Below are positions 50,306 through 60,925 of a stretch of DNA of 64,000 bases, in pieces (within the stretch, counting starts at the first letter, position 1; each line of letters begins with the position of its first letter). Source of the DNA: Mustelus asterias (Eukaryota); contig NC_135823.1 in the NCBI RefSeq assembly GCF_964213995.1, forward strand, positions 310,001 through 374,000, given 5' to 3'. The translations under genes were made by a program, and so were the position numbers. The notes under the pieces are model-generated. The model made no database searches. It was not told where the DNA came from and was given only the letters and a program-made list of their open reading frames with translations.

Positions 50306-51831
50306 ATATATACTTAGACACACACATATATATCCCCAGATGCCTGGGATCTACTAAATTAATCCAATTGACTCTAAAGTTGAACAAAAGTCTTCAATGT
50401 ACAGAGTAGCATCTCACCTTTCCATTTTTCAGTTGCTTTGGGATTCGAAACACTCTTCGTCCAATATTGCCCTGGAGTCCCCAATTCAACAATACAAGTA
50501 CAGACAGCGCCGCTTTTCCAGGTTTCCGCCGACACCATGACGTGACTTCTGATGCTGTAGGTCCCGTCGCCCTCCATTGTCCCGGGATCACTCGATCCCT
50601 CAGTGACCAAGCCGGAAATGTTCCAGAAAATAGCAATCTGGTTGGAACAAACTCCACTGACCAAACACGCTAAGGGCACGGTATCATTCACATCCAGCTG
50701 AGCCGGCGGGACAAATACTATCACAGCCGTCTTCTTCGTAGAACTGTCTGGACAGAGATTGGGACACAGTTCACGATTAATTCACACCAAGTGGTGTTGC
50801 TGTGCAGAATCTGAATTCATTTCACTTGCTCTCTTACCTCCAACCAGCAGTGTTGGTCCATTCTTGAGCGGTTGAAAGCCATGCTTACGAGCACAGTAGT
50901 AGGAACCCGAGTCATTCGCCTGAACATTGCGAATTTCCAGTAACAATTCACCTTTGCCGTGGCCCTTTTTTGAAATAAACTTACAACCGTCTCCCTGACA
51001 GGATTGGATATCGATTAGTTTCGGAATTTCACCAACACTTTGTTTGTACCAGAAATAGCTAGCCACGAATTCCACCTCGGATATGTGGTGACAGGTTAAA
51101 TTCACCGTCTGGCCGACTTCAGCTGTCATTGTGAAGGGCCTTTGAGGTAGAGAGGGCTCAGAATCTGTAACTAGAGAGGTTATTGACACATTACCACAGA
51201 TTATTTCGACATAGAAAGCTGCCGTTTGAAAACAAAAACGCCCGTAAATTAAGAACAATCTCGTTAATGTCTTCAATTATACTTCCTTAGATTTATTTTC
51301 CAAGTTGTGTTTTCTTCGCTTGAAAGGAGGAAACAGAAAACCCCTTGTACCGATCACTATGTCGCATTTGCAGTGCTGTAGCCGGGCGGCATGGTTGTTG
51401 GAACCATTGCTTCACAGCGCTCGGGACCCGGGTTCAATTCCTGGCTTGGTTCACTGTCTGTGCACGTTCTCCCCGTGCCTGCATGGGAGATTCCTCCCAC
51501 TGTCCGAAAGCCGTGCTGGTTAGGTGCATCGGCCGTGCGAAATTCTGCCTCTGTGTACCAGCACTGACGCGGGAGTGTGGCGACTCCGGGCTTTTCACAG
51601 TAACTTCATTGCAGTGTATGTAAAAGTAAAGATTATTTATTAGTCACAAGTAAGGCTCCCATTAACCCTATAATGAAGTTACTGTGAAATTCCCCTGGAA
51701 GCCGACTTCTGACACTAATGCTTAAAAACTAATTTGGCTGCTGCCATTTTAAATGTCTCACCTGGCAAATACTCAACATGAGCCCGCAACACGTGGAGAA
51801 TGAGTATCAGGGATAAAGATTGCTGGGACAT
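40491..51831 (-). CDS. Spliced gene for a non-rearranging VJ-C1 IgSF type I membrane receptor with an ITIM-like tail; join(51762-51831, 50838-51170, 50418-50747, 43085-43186, 42952-42982, 42680[or 42698]-42726, 40673-40722, 40491-40568), about 346 (or 340) aa
   Basis: All introns are GT-AG with compatible phases (1,1,1,1,2,1,0). The frame is open from ATG at 51831 to TGA at 40491-40493. Domain order is leader, V, C1, TM, cytoplasmic tail. Confidence 0.85.
40673..40722 (-). CDS. Exon 7: cytoplasmic (DHRQTDINLKTQRGIQ)
   Basis: Acceptor cccatag, donor CAG|gtgagt; 50 nt, phase 1-0. Confidence 0.75.
40818..41080 (-). mobile_element. HE1-like V-SINE (intronic)
   Basis: Core and tail. Confidence 0.8.
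41655..42305 (+). mobile_element. Degenerate CR1 3' end (intronic)
   Basis: FRTEVRRNAFSQRLVNVWNSLP plus tail. Confidence 0.8.
42680..42726 (-). CDS. Exon 6: cytoplasmic mini-exon (TLNERRQHEGRKERHT), with an alternative in-frame donor at 42698
   Basis: Acceptor ttcttttcccacatccaattttag; donors CGG|gtaggt or GAC|gtaagg, both phase 1. Confidence 0.7.
42952..42982 (-). CDS. Exon 5: cytoplasmic mini-exon (EDRDRGSHNE)
   Basis: Acceptor ttcttctattttag, donor AAC|gtgagt; 31 nt, phase 1-2. Confidence 0.75.
43085..43186 (-). CDS. Exon 4: stalk and transmembrane segment EWCRQTIYVGISVLVILILLLVLISIWSCKNDTS
   Basis: Acceptor ttttttctctatag, donor CAG|gtgagg; 102 nt, phase 1-1; about 21 uncharged hydrophobic residues. 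Confidence 0.9.
43448..43960 (-). mobile_element. CR1 3' end (intronic)
   Basis: ccataagatataggagcagaattaggcc tail; homologous to 1-330. Confidence 0.85.
44225..44845 (+). mobile_element. CR1 3' end (intronic)
   Basis: RPHLEYC / FKVRGERLERDVR motifs. Confidence 0.85.
45370..45755 (+). mobile_element. CR1 3' end (intronic)
   Basis: TRGHKFKVRG plus tail. Confidence 0.8.
45995..47170 (+). mobile_element. Rex1/Babar-like LINE ending in six tandem copies (~96-100 bp) of its 3' terminus
   Basis: FRFRGVHITNNLPWSLHADAIVKKAHQCLYFL; the unit caagatacaatac starts at 46604, 46700 and 46796. Confidence 0.9.
47803..48100. mobile_element. Palindromic Penelope-like end with hammerhead-like cores, nested in a Rex1 end (47510-48290, minus)
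   Basis: tttcgagtc..gacttttcgtcagag / ctttgaagaagggtcatctagactcgaag mirror pair; an internal insert is flanked by a duplicated agcgtctgagggga. Confidence 0.7.
48385..48870 (+). mobile_element. HE1-like V-SINE with tandem units
   Basis: Head, core, four ~45-bp units and tail. Confidence 0.85.
49950..50207 (+). mobile_element. Rex1/Babar-like 3' end
   Basis: FKNSFFPAAI.LLN; tail gtgacaataataaatcaaa. Confidence 0.8.
50238..50305. repeat. (CA)n microsatellite just downstream of the C1 exon
   Basis: Direct reading. Confidence 0.95.
50418..50747 (-). CDS. Exon 3: Ig C1-set domain
   Basis: VIVFVPP...VPLACLVSG...IAIFWNISG...DGTYSIRSHVMVSAETWKSGAVCTCIVE. Acceptor ctctgtccag, donor AAG|gtgaga; 330 nt, phase 1-1; only a 90-nt intron separates it from the V exon. 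Confidence 0.95.
50838..51170 (-). CDS. Exon 2: Ig V-set domain with in-exon J-like G strand
   Basis: GQTVNLTC...YFWYKQ..GEIPKLI...LLLEIRNVQANDSGSYYCARK...NGPTLLVG. Acceptor ctctctag (an alternative in-frame ttacag lies 6 nt further), donor GAG|gtaaga; 333 nt, phase 1-1. Confidence 0.95.
51384..51730 (+). mobile_element. HE1-like V-SINE in the leader-V intron
   Basis: Head, core and a tail with a short internal inverted duplication. Confidence 0.8.
51762..51831 (-). CDS. Exon 1: signal peptide MSQQSLSLILILHVLRAHVEYLP(G)
   Basis: ATG in the context gcaaaATG, a hydrophobic core, and a phase-1 donor CAG|gtgaga typical of IgSF leader exons. Confidence 0.85.
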
Positions 51832-51879
51832 TTTGCAGAGGTGAGCAATATCTCCCTGTTTCCAATCACCAGTTTATTT

Positions 51880-52060
51880 TTGCTGAGCGGCCAAGGACTG
51901 ACCTGGTCTCAGTCCCAGTTAATTGTTGCACTTTGAGATTGGGCGGAAACTATGACAAGAGACACAATGGAAAGTATGACACAATGCTGGTGGCGTAGCG
52001 CTGCGGAATGCCACATGCATTTGACGCACTGTGGTCGCCGCCGACGTGTCGCAATGTTCA
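51880..52060 (-). promoter_or_regulatory. Proximal promoter of the VJ-C1 gene: NFAT:AP-1-like composites (51965-51984, 51945-51959), RUNX TGTGGTC (52030-52036), CCAAT/GC box near 51938-51946
   Basis: CAATGGAAAGTATGACACAA and GGAAACTATGACAAG fit the GGAAA-N3-TGAC composite. The block is conserved in the paralogous copy at 13330-13510. Confidence 0.7.
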
Positions 52061-52189
52061 AGTGATAGAATATCCACGCAGAGTTTGACTGGTTTGTCGT
52101 TCCGAGGGGATCACAAGCTAATCATTGTGGGGATATGTGCTGAATATGTAAATTACAGTTTAATGTATTCTCAGAATGTGCGATATGGC

Positions 52190-52897
52190 GGCTTAGTTTA
52201 GAAAGATGAGGGCGGGGATCTCACTGAAACTTACAGAACACTGAAAAGCCTGGGTAGAGTGGACATGGAGAAGATCTTCAGAATAGAATAGAATAGAATG
52301 CAGAAGGAGGCCATTTAGCCCATCGAGGCTGCACTGACAATGACCCCACTCCATAACGCCACCTTACACTCCGAGCCCGCCGACACTAAGGGGCAATTTT
52401 GCATGGCCAATCCAACTAACCCATACATCTTTGGATTGTGTGAGGAAACTGGGGCACCGACAGGAATCCCATGCAGACGCGGGGAGAATGTGCAAACTCC
52501 ACACATTCACCCAAGGCCGGAATTGAACCCGAATCCCTGGTGCTGTGAAGCAGCAGTGCTAACCACTGTGCCACCGTCCATCAGTTGGAGAGACTCGCCT
52601 CCGAGTGCACAGACTCAGAGTAAAGGGTTGACCCTTTAGCACCGAGAAGAGAAGGAATTCCTTCAGCCAGAGAGACGTTAATCTGTGCAATTTATTGCCA
52701 CAAAAGGCCGTGGAGGCCAAGTCATTGAGTGTATTTAAGACAGAGATAGGTAAGTTCTTGATTGGTAAGTGGTTCAAAGATTTAGAGGAAAAGGCGGGAG
52801 AATGGGGTTGAGAAACATATCAGCCATGATCGAATGGCAGAGCAGACTCGATGCAGAATGGCGTAATTATGGTCCTTTATCCTATGGGCTTATGGCT
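52190..52897 (+). mobile_element. CR1 3' end with a nested HE1 SINE (52280-52577, minus)
   Basis: The CR1 sequence resumes at ccatcagttggagagactc. Confidence 0.8.
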
Positions 52898-53136
52898 TGG
52901 CCAACATGTATTAACCATCTCTATGATCCGATTGATTGATGGTGTTGGGTTGTCCTTTTAGAACATAGAGTATATATCATAGAAGTGTACAGCACTTCGA
53001 TGTTGTGCTGAACATGGCGGAAATTAAACTAATCCTTTCTGCCTGACCTTGGTCCATACCAAAGATGTGCGGGTTAGGTTGATTGGCCATGCTAAAAATT
53101 GCCCTTCGTGTCCTGAGATGTGTAGATTAGAGGGAT

Positions 53137-53705
53137 TAAAGAACAAAGAACAAAGAACAGTACAGCACAGGAAACAGGCCCTTCGGCCCTCCAAGCCTGT
53201 GCCGCTCCTTGGTCCAACTAGACCAATCGTTTGTATCCCTCCATTCCCAGGCAGCTCATGTGACTGTCCAGGTATGTCTTAAACGATGTCAACGTGCCTG
53301 CCTCCACCACCCTACTTGGCAGCGCATTCCAGGCCCCCACCACCCTCTGTGTAAAAAACGTCCCTCTGATGTCTGAGTTATACTTCGCCCCTCTCAGCTT
53401 GAGCCCGTGACCCCTCGTGATCGTCACCTCCGACCTGGGAAAAAGCTTCCCACTGTTCACCCTATCTATACCCTTCATAATCTTGTATACCTCTATTAGA
53501 TCTCCCCTCATTCTCCGTCTTTCCAAGGAGAACAACCCCAGTCTACCCAATCTCTCCTCATAGCTAAGACCCTCCATACCAGGCAACATCCTGGTAAACC
53601 TTCTCTGCACTCTCTCCAATGCCTCCACGTCCTTCTGGTAGTGCGGCGACCAGAACTGGACGCAGTACTCCAAATGTGGCCTAGCCAGCGTTCTATAGAG
53701 CTGCT
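53137..53705 (-). mobile_element. Young CR1 3' end inserted into an HE1 SINE (53060-53830)
   Basis: 151-aa ORF2 C-terminus; gggatta on both flanks. Confidence 0.9.
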
Positions 53706-54597
53706 ATACAGTGGGATTAGTGGGTAAATATGTAGGGATATGGGGGTAGGGTCTGGGTGGGATTGTGGTCGGTGCAGACTCGATGGGCCGAATGGCCTCT
53801 TTCTGTACTGTAGGGTTTCTATGATTTCTATGATATCCCCCTGTTCCTTGCATATTCATGTCCTTATCTAAAATCCCCTTAAACGCCCCTATCGGATCTG
53901 CCTCCAACACCACCTCAGACAGCGCGTTCCAGACACTTAGCACTCTCTGTGTCAAGAATTTGTTCCTCACTTCTCCTTTGAACTTTCCCCCTCTCACCTT
54001 AAGTGCATGCCCCTTAGTATTTGACATTTCAAACCGGGGAAAAAAGGATTTTGAGTGCCAACTCTATTCATGACTATGATAATTTTTATAGACTTCTATC
54101 AGTTCTCCCCTCAGCCTTCACTGCTCCAGAGAAAACAACTTCTGCATCTTCTCTGTGGTAGTCCATGTGCTACATCAGCAGTGCTAAATAAGGAGCGAGG
54201 ACCACCATTTTGACCACGCCGTAGTGAAGGAACGACAATAGATTTCCAACATATTGCCTCTAATTGGGAGGGGAGTTGATGGCGATGGTGTCCCCATGCA
54301 TCCACTCTCTTTGTCCTTCAGGGCCAATAAGGTGTGGATTTGCAAAGTGAATGACAGGAATATAGATTGAATGCAATAGTACACACTATGAGCCATTCTG
54401 AAAAAAAACTTTATTTTTACAATTATTGATATAGAAACATAGGCAACATAAGCAAGAAGAGCTCATTTGGCACTTTGAACCTGCTCCGCCACTCAGTTTG
54501 GTCAAAGCTAATCATCAAATTCAATGTCCTGATCCCCCCTTTCCCCCATATTCCTCTTTAGCCCCAAGAGCTATTTCTTCTAATTCCTCGAACTCCT

Positions 54598-55662
54598 TGT
54601 GGATTCAGAACTGGCTTGCCTGCAGAAAGCAGAGAGTGGTTGTAGACGGGTCTTTTTCCGAATGGAGGTCGGTCACCAGTGGATTGCCCCAGTGATCTGC
54701 TCTGGGACCCTTGCTGTTTGTCAATTTCATAAATGACCTGGATGAGGAAGTGGAGGGATGGGTTGGTAGGTTTGCCGACGACACGAAGGTTGGTGGTGTT
54801 GTGGATAGATTGGAGGGATGTCAGAAGCTGCAGCATGACATAGATAGGATGCAAGACTGGGCGGAGAAGTGGCAGATGGACTTCAATCCGGATAAATGTG
54901 TAGTGGTCCATTTTGGCAGGTCAAATGGGATGAAGGAGTATAATATCAAGCGTAAGACTCTTAGCAGTGTAGAGGATCAGAAGGATCTTGGGGTACGGGT
55001 CCATAGGACTCTTAAATCGGCCTTGCAGGTGGAGGAGGTGGTTAAGAAGGCGTATGGTGTGCTGGCTTTCATCAATCGAGGGATTGAGTTTAGGAGTCCG
55101 GGGATAATGATGCAGCTATATAAGACCCTCGTCAGATCCCACTTGGAGTACTGTGCTCAGTTCTGGTCGCCTCATTACAGGAGGGATGTGGAAATGATTG
55201 AAAGGGTGCAGAGAAGATTTACAAGGATGTTGCCTGGATTGGTTGGCATGCCTTATGAGGATAGGCTGAGGGAGCTCGGTCTTTTCCCCTTGGAGAGCCG
55301 AAGGATGAGAGGTGACCTGATAGAGGTGTAAAAGATGTTGAGAGGTATAGATCGGGTGGATGCTCTGAGGTTTTTCCCAGGGCTGAAATGGCTGCTCCGA
55401 GAGGACAAAAGTTCAAGGTGCTGGGGAGTAGGTACAGAGGAGATGTCAGGGGTTAGTTTTTCACTCAGAGGGTGGTGGGTGAGTGGAATCGGCTGCCGTT
55501 AGTGTTGGTGGAGGCAAATTCGATAGGGTCTTTTACGAGATTTCTGGATGAGTACATGGAACTTAATAGGATTGAGGGTTCGAGGTAAGCCTATATATAA
55601 GCCTCGGTTGGTCGGGACATGACCGGCCTCTTTGTGCTGTATTTTTTCTATGTTCTATGTTC
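54598..55662 (+). mobile_element. CR1 LINE 3' 1.06 kb inserted in an older CR1 end
   Basis: 206-aa RT ORF (FADDTKVGG, HLEYCAQFWSP). Confidence 0.92.
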
Positions 55663-56170
55663 CAAATCACAAAACGTTTTGGCCTCAACAACTTTCTGTG
55701 GTAGTGAATTTCACACATTGGCCCCTCTCTGGGTGAAGACATTTCTCTCCACCTCAGTTCTAAAAGGTTTACCCCTTATCCTCAAACAATCACCACTAGT
55801 TCTGTTCACCCCCACAATCAGGACCACTCTTTCTGTATCTCCTCTGTCTAAACCTGGTGGAACTTTATAAGTTACAGCGAAACCCTCTCACTCTCCTTAA
55901 CGCTGAAGAATTAAATCCGAACCAACTTAGTCTCTCTTCACTTGACAGACCTGTCATCTCAGGAATCAGCCTGGTGCACCTTCGCTGTCCTTCCTGTATA
56001 GCAAGGACATGCTTCCCTCAGATAAGGGCAGCCAATATTGTACACAACACTCCAGGATTATTTTTGAAATCACATAACGTTTTGGCCTCAACTACTTTAT
56101 GTGGTAATGAATTCCACACTTTCATCACTCTCTGGGTGAGGAAATTTCTCCTCACTTCAGTCCAAAAACT

Positions 56171-56462
56171 GGGGCGGCACGGTCGCACAGTGGTTAGCAC
56201 TGCTGTTTCACAGCACCAGGGACCTGCGTTTGATTCCCGGCTTTCGTCACTGTCTGTGTGGAGTATGCACGTTCTCGCCGTGCCCGCGTGGATTTCGTCT
56301 GGGTGCTCTGGGTTCCTCCCACATTCTGAAAGACGTACTTGTTCGGTGAATCGACCCGAACAGGCGCCCGACTGTGGCGACGGTGGGAATTTCAACTTTC
56401 ACAGTAAGTTAATTGCAGTGTTAATTTCAGCCTTACTTGTGACTAATAAATTGACTTTAAAC
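56171..56462 (+). mobile_element. HE1-like V-SINE
   Basis: Head ggggcggcacggtcgcacagtggttagcac. Confidence 0.85.
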
Positions 56463-57235
56463 TTGAAAAGGTTTAGCCATATCCTCAAGTATGATCCCTC
56501 GTACGTGACACAACCTGCTTGCACAGAAACTGGAAAATATTGGATGGACTGTGGGTGAATACATTTGAAATGCTCAGTGGCGGCCTTAATGAGTTGTTTC
56601 GATGCTCCCTGTATGTAAAGAATGCACTGCTCGCTGATTGAGGGAATAATCATTTGTGAGTGAATCTGGGCATCTTTAACCTGTCTTCCAAACTGGGCCT
56701 TGAATAAACACATGGACCTAGTGTCGTATTTATGAGGACACTGCACATAAGGTCATTCATACAATAACCTGGTCTTTGTTCGTTGTATCAAAGCTGGCAG
56801 CAGACAGTCTGCTGCTTGCGGTTTCAAGCTGAGAGCCAAGCTGTGCTCTCGGCAGGCAGCTCTGTGCGTGCAGCGTCTCAACGGTGAAAACAAGCAAACC
56901 ACTGAGAGTTTCTGGCTCGAATAATTTCCCATCATTGGTGTAAAGTGGATGGAATCTTGGCTAGCGACTTCCGCCCCTCGATGTCCTCTGCACACCTCAG
57001 AACATGCGAGCCGTCCTTGTGTGGGTAGAAGCTAACAGCCGTGGCCAGAGCTAATGTGCCTCTTTGCACTCTTTTTCGGTAATGTGCCTCTTTGCTACCA
57101 CGTCAAACCCTCTGTTGCAGGGTCGACTGACTCACTTCATTTTCATTCGAGGTCATGCACTTATGCAGGACAATTCAGGCACTCAATTCCCGGTAATGTC
57201 AGAAGCCATTCGACAAATCTCTTTATATTAAAGAA

Positions 57236-57590
57236 GGAGAGGCGATGGCCGAGTGGCATTATCGCTGGACTATTAATCCAGACACTCAGCGAGTGTTCTG
57301 GTGACCCTGGTTCTAATCTCGCCACGGTAGCTGGATGAGTATGAATTCAATGAAAGATATCTGGAATTCAAAGTCTACTGATGACCATGAAACCAATGTC
57401 GATTGTCAGGAAAAACCCATCCACTTCGCAAATATCCTTTCGCGAAGGAAATCTGCTGCCCTTATCTGTTCTGGCCTACATGTTACTCGAGACTCACGGC
57501 AATGTGGTTGACTCTCAACTGCCCTCGGGCAACTAGGGATGCGCAAAAAATGCGGGACAGCCAGCGATGCCCATGTCCCATGAATGTATG
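57236..57590 (+). mobile_element. L2-tailed tRNA SINE
   Basis: Head ggcgatggccgagtgg; tail gggcaactagggatg. Confidence 0.75.
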
Positions 57591-58740
57591 ATCTTTTTGT
57601 CGCAACGTGCTTTCCCCATCATTATACTGAAGATTATGTGACATGGGTTCCTGAATGGTCTGACAGAGAATTTGCACGTTTCACTGAATTCACAGCAGAA
57701 CTAGGTCATGTTTCCAATGAGAGAATCCAATAAGCAGCAACATTTGCCCCATTAACAGTTCCAAGTGTTTTGTCTGTTAGAATGATGCATTTTGACCCTT
57801 TGCAATAAGTGCCACTTCGATCGGGATTCTACTCTTTATTCTCATTGGAATTTCAAGTCATAAAACAGTTGATTAGGTGAGGACTGATGTTTAGCAGGCA
57901 CATTTTAAAATAAATGTTTTTTTTAATGTGCATTGATTTTGAACACCACTTGTAGCTCGTTTGTTTTTCCCTCAGAAATCTGAGTGAACAGCTCCCTCAA
58001 GGAAAAGTGAGCGAATGATCCATTTCATAATGTTGACCAGGAACATTGTTACTCTTTTGGTCGAGAGCGTCACCTTTCTCAGTGTGCAGATCACCAGCAA
58101 TCTGTCCTGGTCCCTCCACGCCGATGCTATCGTTAGGAAAGCCCACCAACGCCTCGACTTTCTCAGATGACTGAGGAAATTCTGCATCTCTGCTACGCCT
58201 CTCACGAACTTTTACAGATGCATCATAGAAAACATCCTTTCCGAATGTCTCACAGATTGGTATGGCTCCTGCTCTGGCCAAGACTGCAAAAAACTACAAA
58301 TGGTTGTGAATGAGGCCATCTGCATTTTATTGTGATCAGATAATTTAATCGAATCTGATGAACTCATTTATCTGTCACATTGGCAATTCCTGGAATAGGC
58401 TGTGGTGCATCAGCCACTGGACACTTCTAGTTGAAGTTTCTTACAACAGATTCAGCCTTGCATTTTGCACTGATGTGCTGGGCTCCGCCGTCATTGAGCT
58501 TAAAATATGATTGGAGCTTCCCAACCTGTTAACTGTCGTATTTAATACCTCTATTCCCGACTGAATGGAGCAGGACTGCAGTTGACAATGATCTGCTCAT
58601 TGTGGGGCCATTTAGCTCTGTCTATCGCATTCTGCGTTCGCTGTTTGTCACACAAGTCTTCCTGTGCTGTACCTTAACGACGTTACATTTTACTTTTAAG
58701 GTTCATCTCCAGCCAGTGCATCCTTCAAGTGGATTTCAAG

Positions 58741-60925
58741 ATAAGACCATAAGACCATAAGACATAGGAGCCGAAGTAAGGCCATTCGGCCCATCGAGTC
58801 CACTCCACCATTCAATCATGGTTGATTTCAACTTCATTTACCCGCTCTCTCCCCATAGCCCTTAATTCCTCGAGAAATCAAGAATTTATCAATTTCTGTC
58901 TTGAAGACGCTCAACGTCTCGGCCTCCACAGCCCTCTGTGGCAATGAATTCCACAGACCTACCGCTCTCTGGCTGAAGAAATTTCTCCTCATCTCTGTTC
59001 TAAAGTGACTCCTTTTATTCTAAGGCTCTGCCCCCGCGTCCTAGTCTCCCCTGCTAATGGAAACAACTTCCCTACGTCCATCCTATCTGAGCCGTTCATT
59101 ATCTTGTAAGTTTCTATTAGATCTCCCCTCAACCTCCTAAACTCCAATGAATATAATCCCACGATCCTCAGACGTTCATCGTATGTCAGGCCTACCATTC
59201 CTGGGATCATCCGTGTGAATCTCCGCTGGACCCGCTCCAGTGCCAGTATGTCCTTCCTGAGGTGTGGGCCCCAAAATTGCTCACAGTACTCCAAATGGGG
59301 CCTAACCAGTGCTTTATAAAGCCTCAGAAGTACATCCCTGCTTTTGTATTCCAAGCCTCTTGAGATAAATGACAACATTACATTTGCTTTCTTAATTACG
59401 GACTCAACCTGCAAGTTTACCTTTAGAGAATCCTGGACTAGGACTCCCAAGTCCCTTTGCACTTTAGCATTATGAATTTTGTCACCGTTTAGAAAATAGT
59501 CCATGCCTCTATTCTTTTTTCCAAAGTGCAAGACCTCGCACTTGCCCACGTTGAATTTCATCAGCCACTTCTTGGACCACTCTCCTAAACTGTCTAAATC
59601 TTTCTGCAGCCTCCCCACCTCCTCAATACTACCTGCCCCTCCACCTATCTTTGTATCATCGGCAAACTTGGCCAGAATGCCCCCAGTCCCGTCATCGGGA
59701 TCGTTAATATATAAAGAGAACAGCTGTGGCCCCAACACTGAACCCTGCGGGACACCACTTGTCACCGGTTGCCATTCTGAGAAAGAACCTTTTATCCCAA
59801 CTCTCTGCCTTCTGTCTGACAGCCAATCGTCAATCCATGTTAGTACCTTGCCTCGAATACCATGGGCCCTTATTTTACTCAGCAGTCTCCCGTGAGGCAC
59901 CTTGTCAAAGGCCTTTTGGAAGTCAAGATAGATAACATCCATTGGCTCTCCTTGGTCTAACCTATTTGTTATCTCTTCAAAGAACTCTAACAGGTTTGTC
60001 AGGCACGACCTCCCCTTACTAAATCCACGCTGACTTGTCCTAATCCGACCCTGCACTTCCAAGAATTTAGAAATCTCATCCTTAACGATGGATTCTAGAA
60101 TTTTGCCAACAACTGAGGTTAGGCTAATTGGCCTATAATTTTCCATCTTTTTTCTTGTTCCCTTCTTGAACAGTGGGGTTACAACAGCGATTTTCTAATC
60201 CTCTGGGACTTTCCCTGACTCCAATGACTTTTGAAAGATCATAACTAACGCCTCCACTATTTCTTCAGCTATCTCCTTTAGAACTCTAGGATGTAGCCCA
60301 TCTGGGCCCGGAGATTTATCAATTTTCAGACCTTTTAGTTTCTCTAGCACTTTCTCCTTTGTGATGGCAACCATATTCAACTCTGCCCCCTGACTTTCCT
60401 GAATTGTTGGGATATTACTCATGTCTTCTACTGTGAAGACTGACGCAAAGTACTTATTAAGTTCCTCAGCTATTTCCTTGTCTCCCATCACTAGATTACC
60501 AGCGTCATTTTGGAGCGGCCCAATGTCTACTTTTGCCTCCCGTTTGTTTTTAATGTATTTAAAGAAACTTTTATTATCATTCCTAATGTTACTGGCTCGC
60601 CTACCTTCATATTTGATCCTCTCCTTCCTTATTTCTCTCTTTGTTATCCTCTGTTTGTTTTTATAGCATTCCCAATCTTCTGACTTCCCACTACTCTTTG
60701 CCACATTATAGACTCTCTCTTTTGCCTTGATGCATTCCCTGACTTCCTTTGTCAGCCATGGCTGCCTAATCCCCCCTCTGATAACCTTTCTTTTGTTTGG
60801 GATGAACCTCTGCATTGTGTCCTCAATTACTCCCAGAAACTCCTGCCATTGCTGTTCTACTGTCTTTCGCACTAGGCTCTGCTTCCAGTCGATTTTTGTC
60901 AGTTCCTCCCTCATGCGCCTGTAAT
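58741..60925 (-). mobile_element. CR1 LINE, 2.2 kb, relatively young (385-aa and 273-aa ORF2 segments)
   Basis: Full RT motif set NYRPISLTS, DFQKAFDKV, PQGSVLGP, FADDTK; (ataagacc)n tail. Confidence 0.96.

Noticed and set aside
50838-50900. Interpretation as a rearranging IgL/TCR V segment
   Set aside because: There is no RSS, the G strand is in the same exon, and the gene has a long tyrosine-bearing tail unlike IgL or TCR.
2295-56462. tRNA-like sequences with A/B boxes
   Set aside because: All are SINE heads; I saw no standalone tRNA gene.
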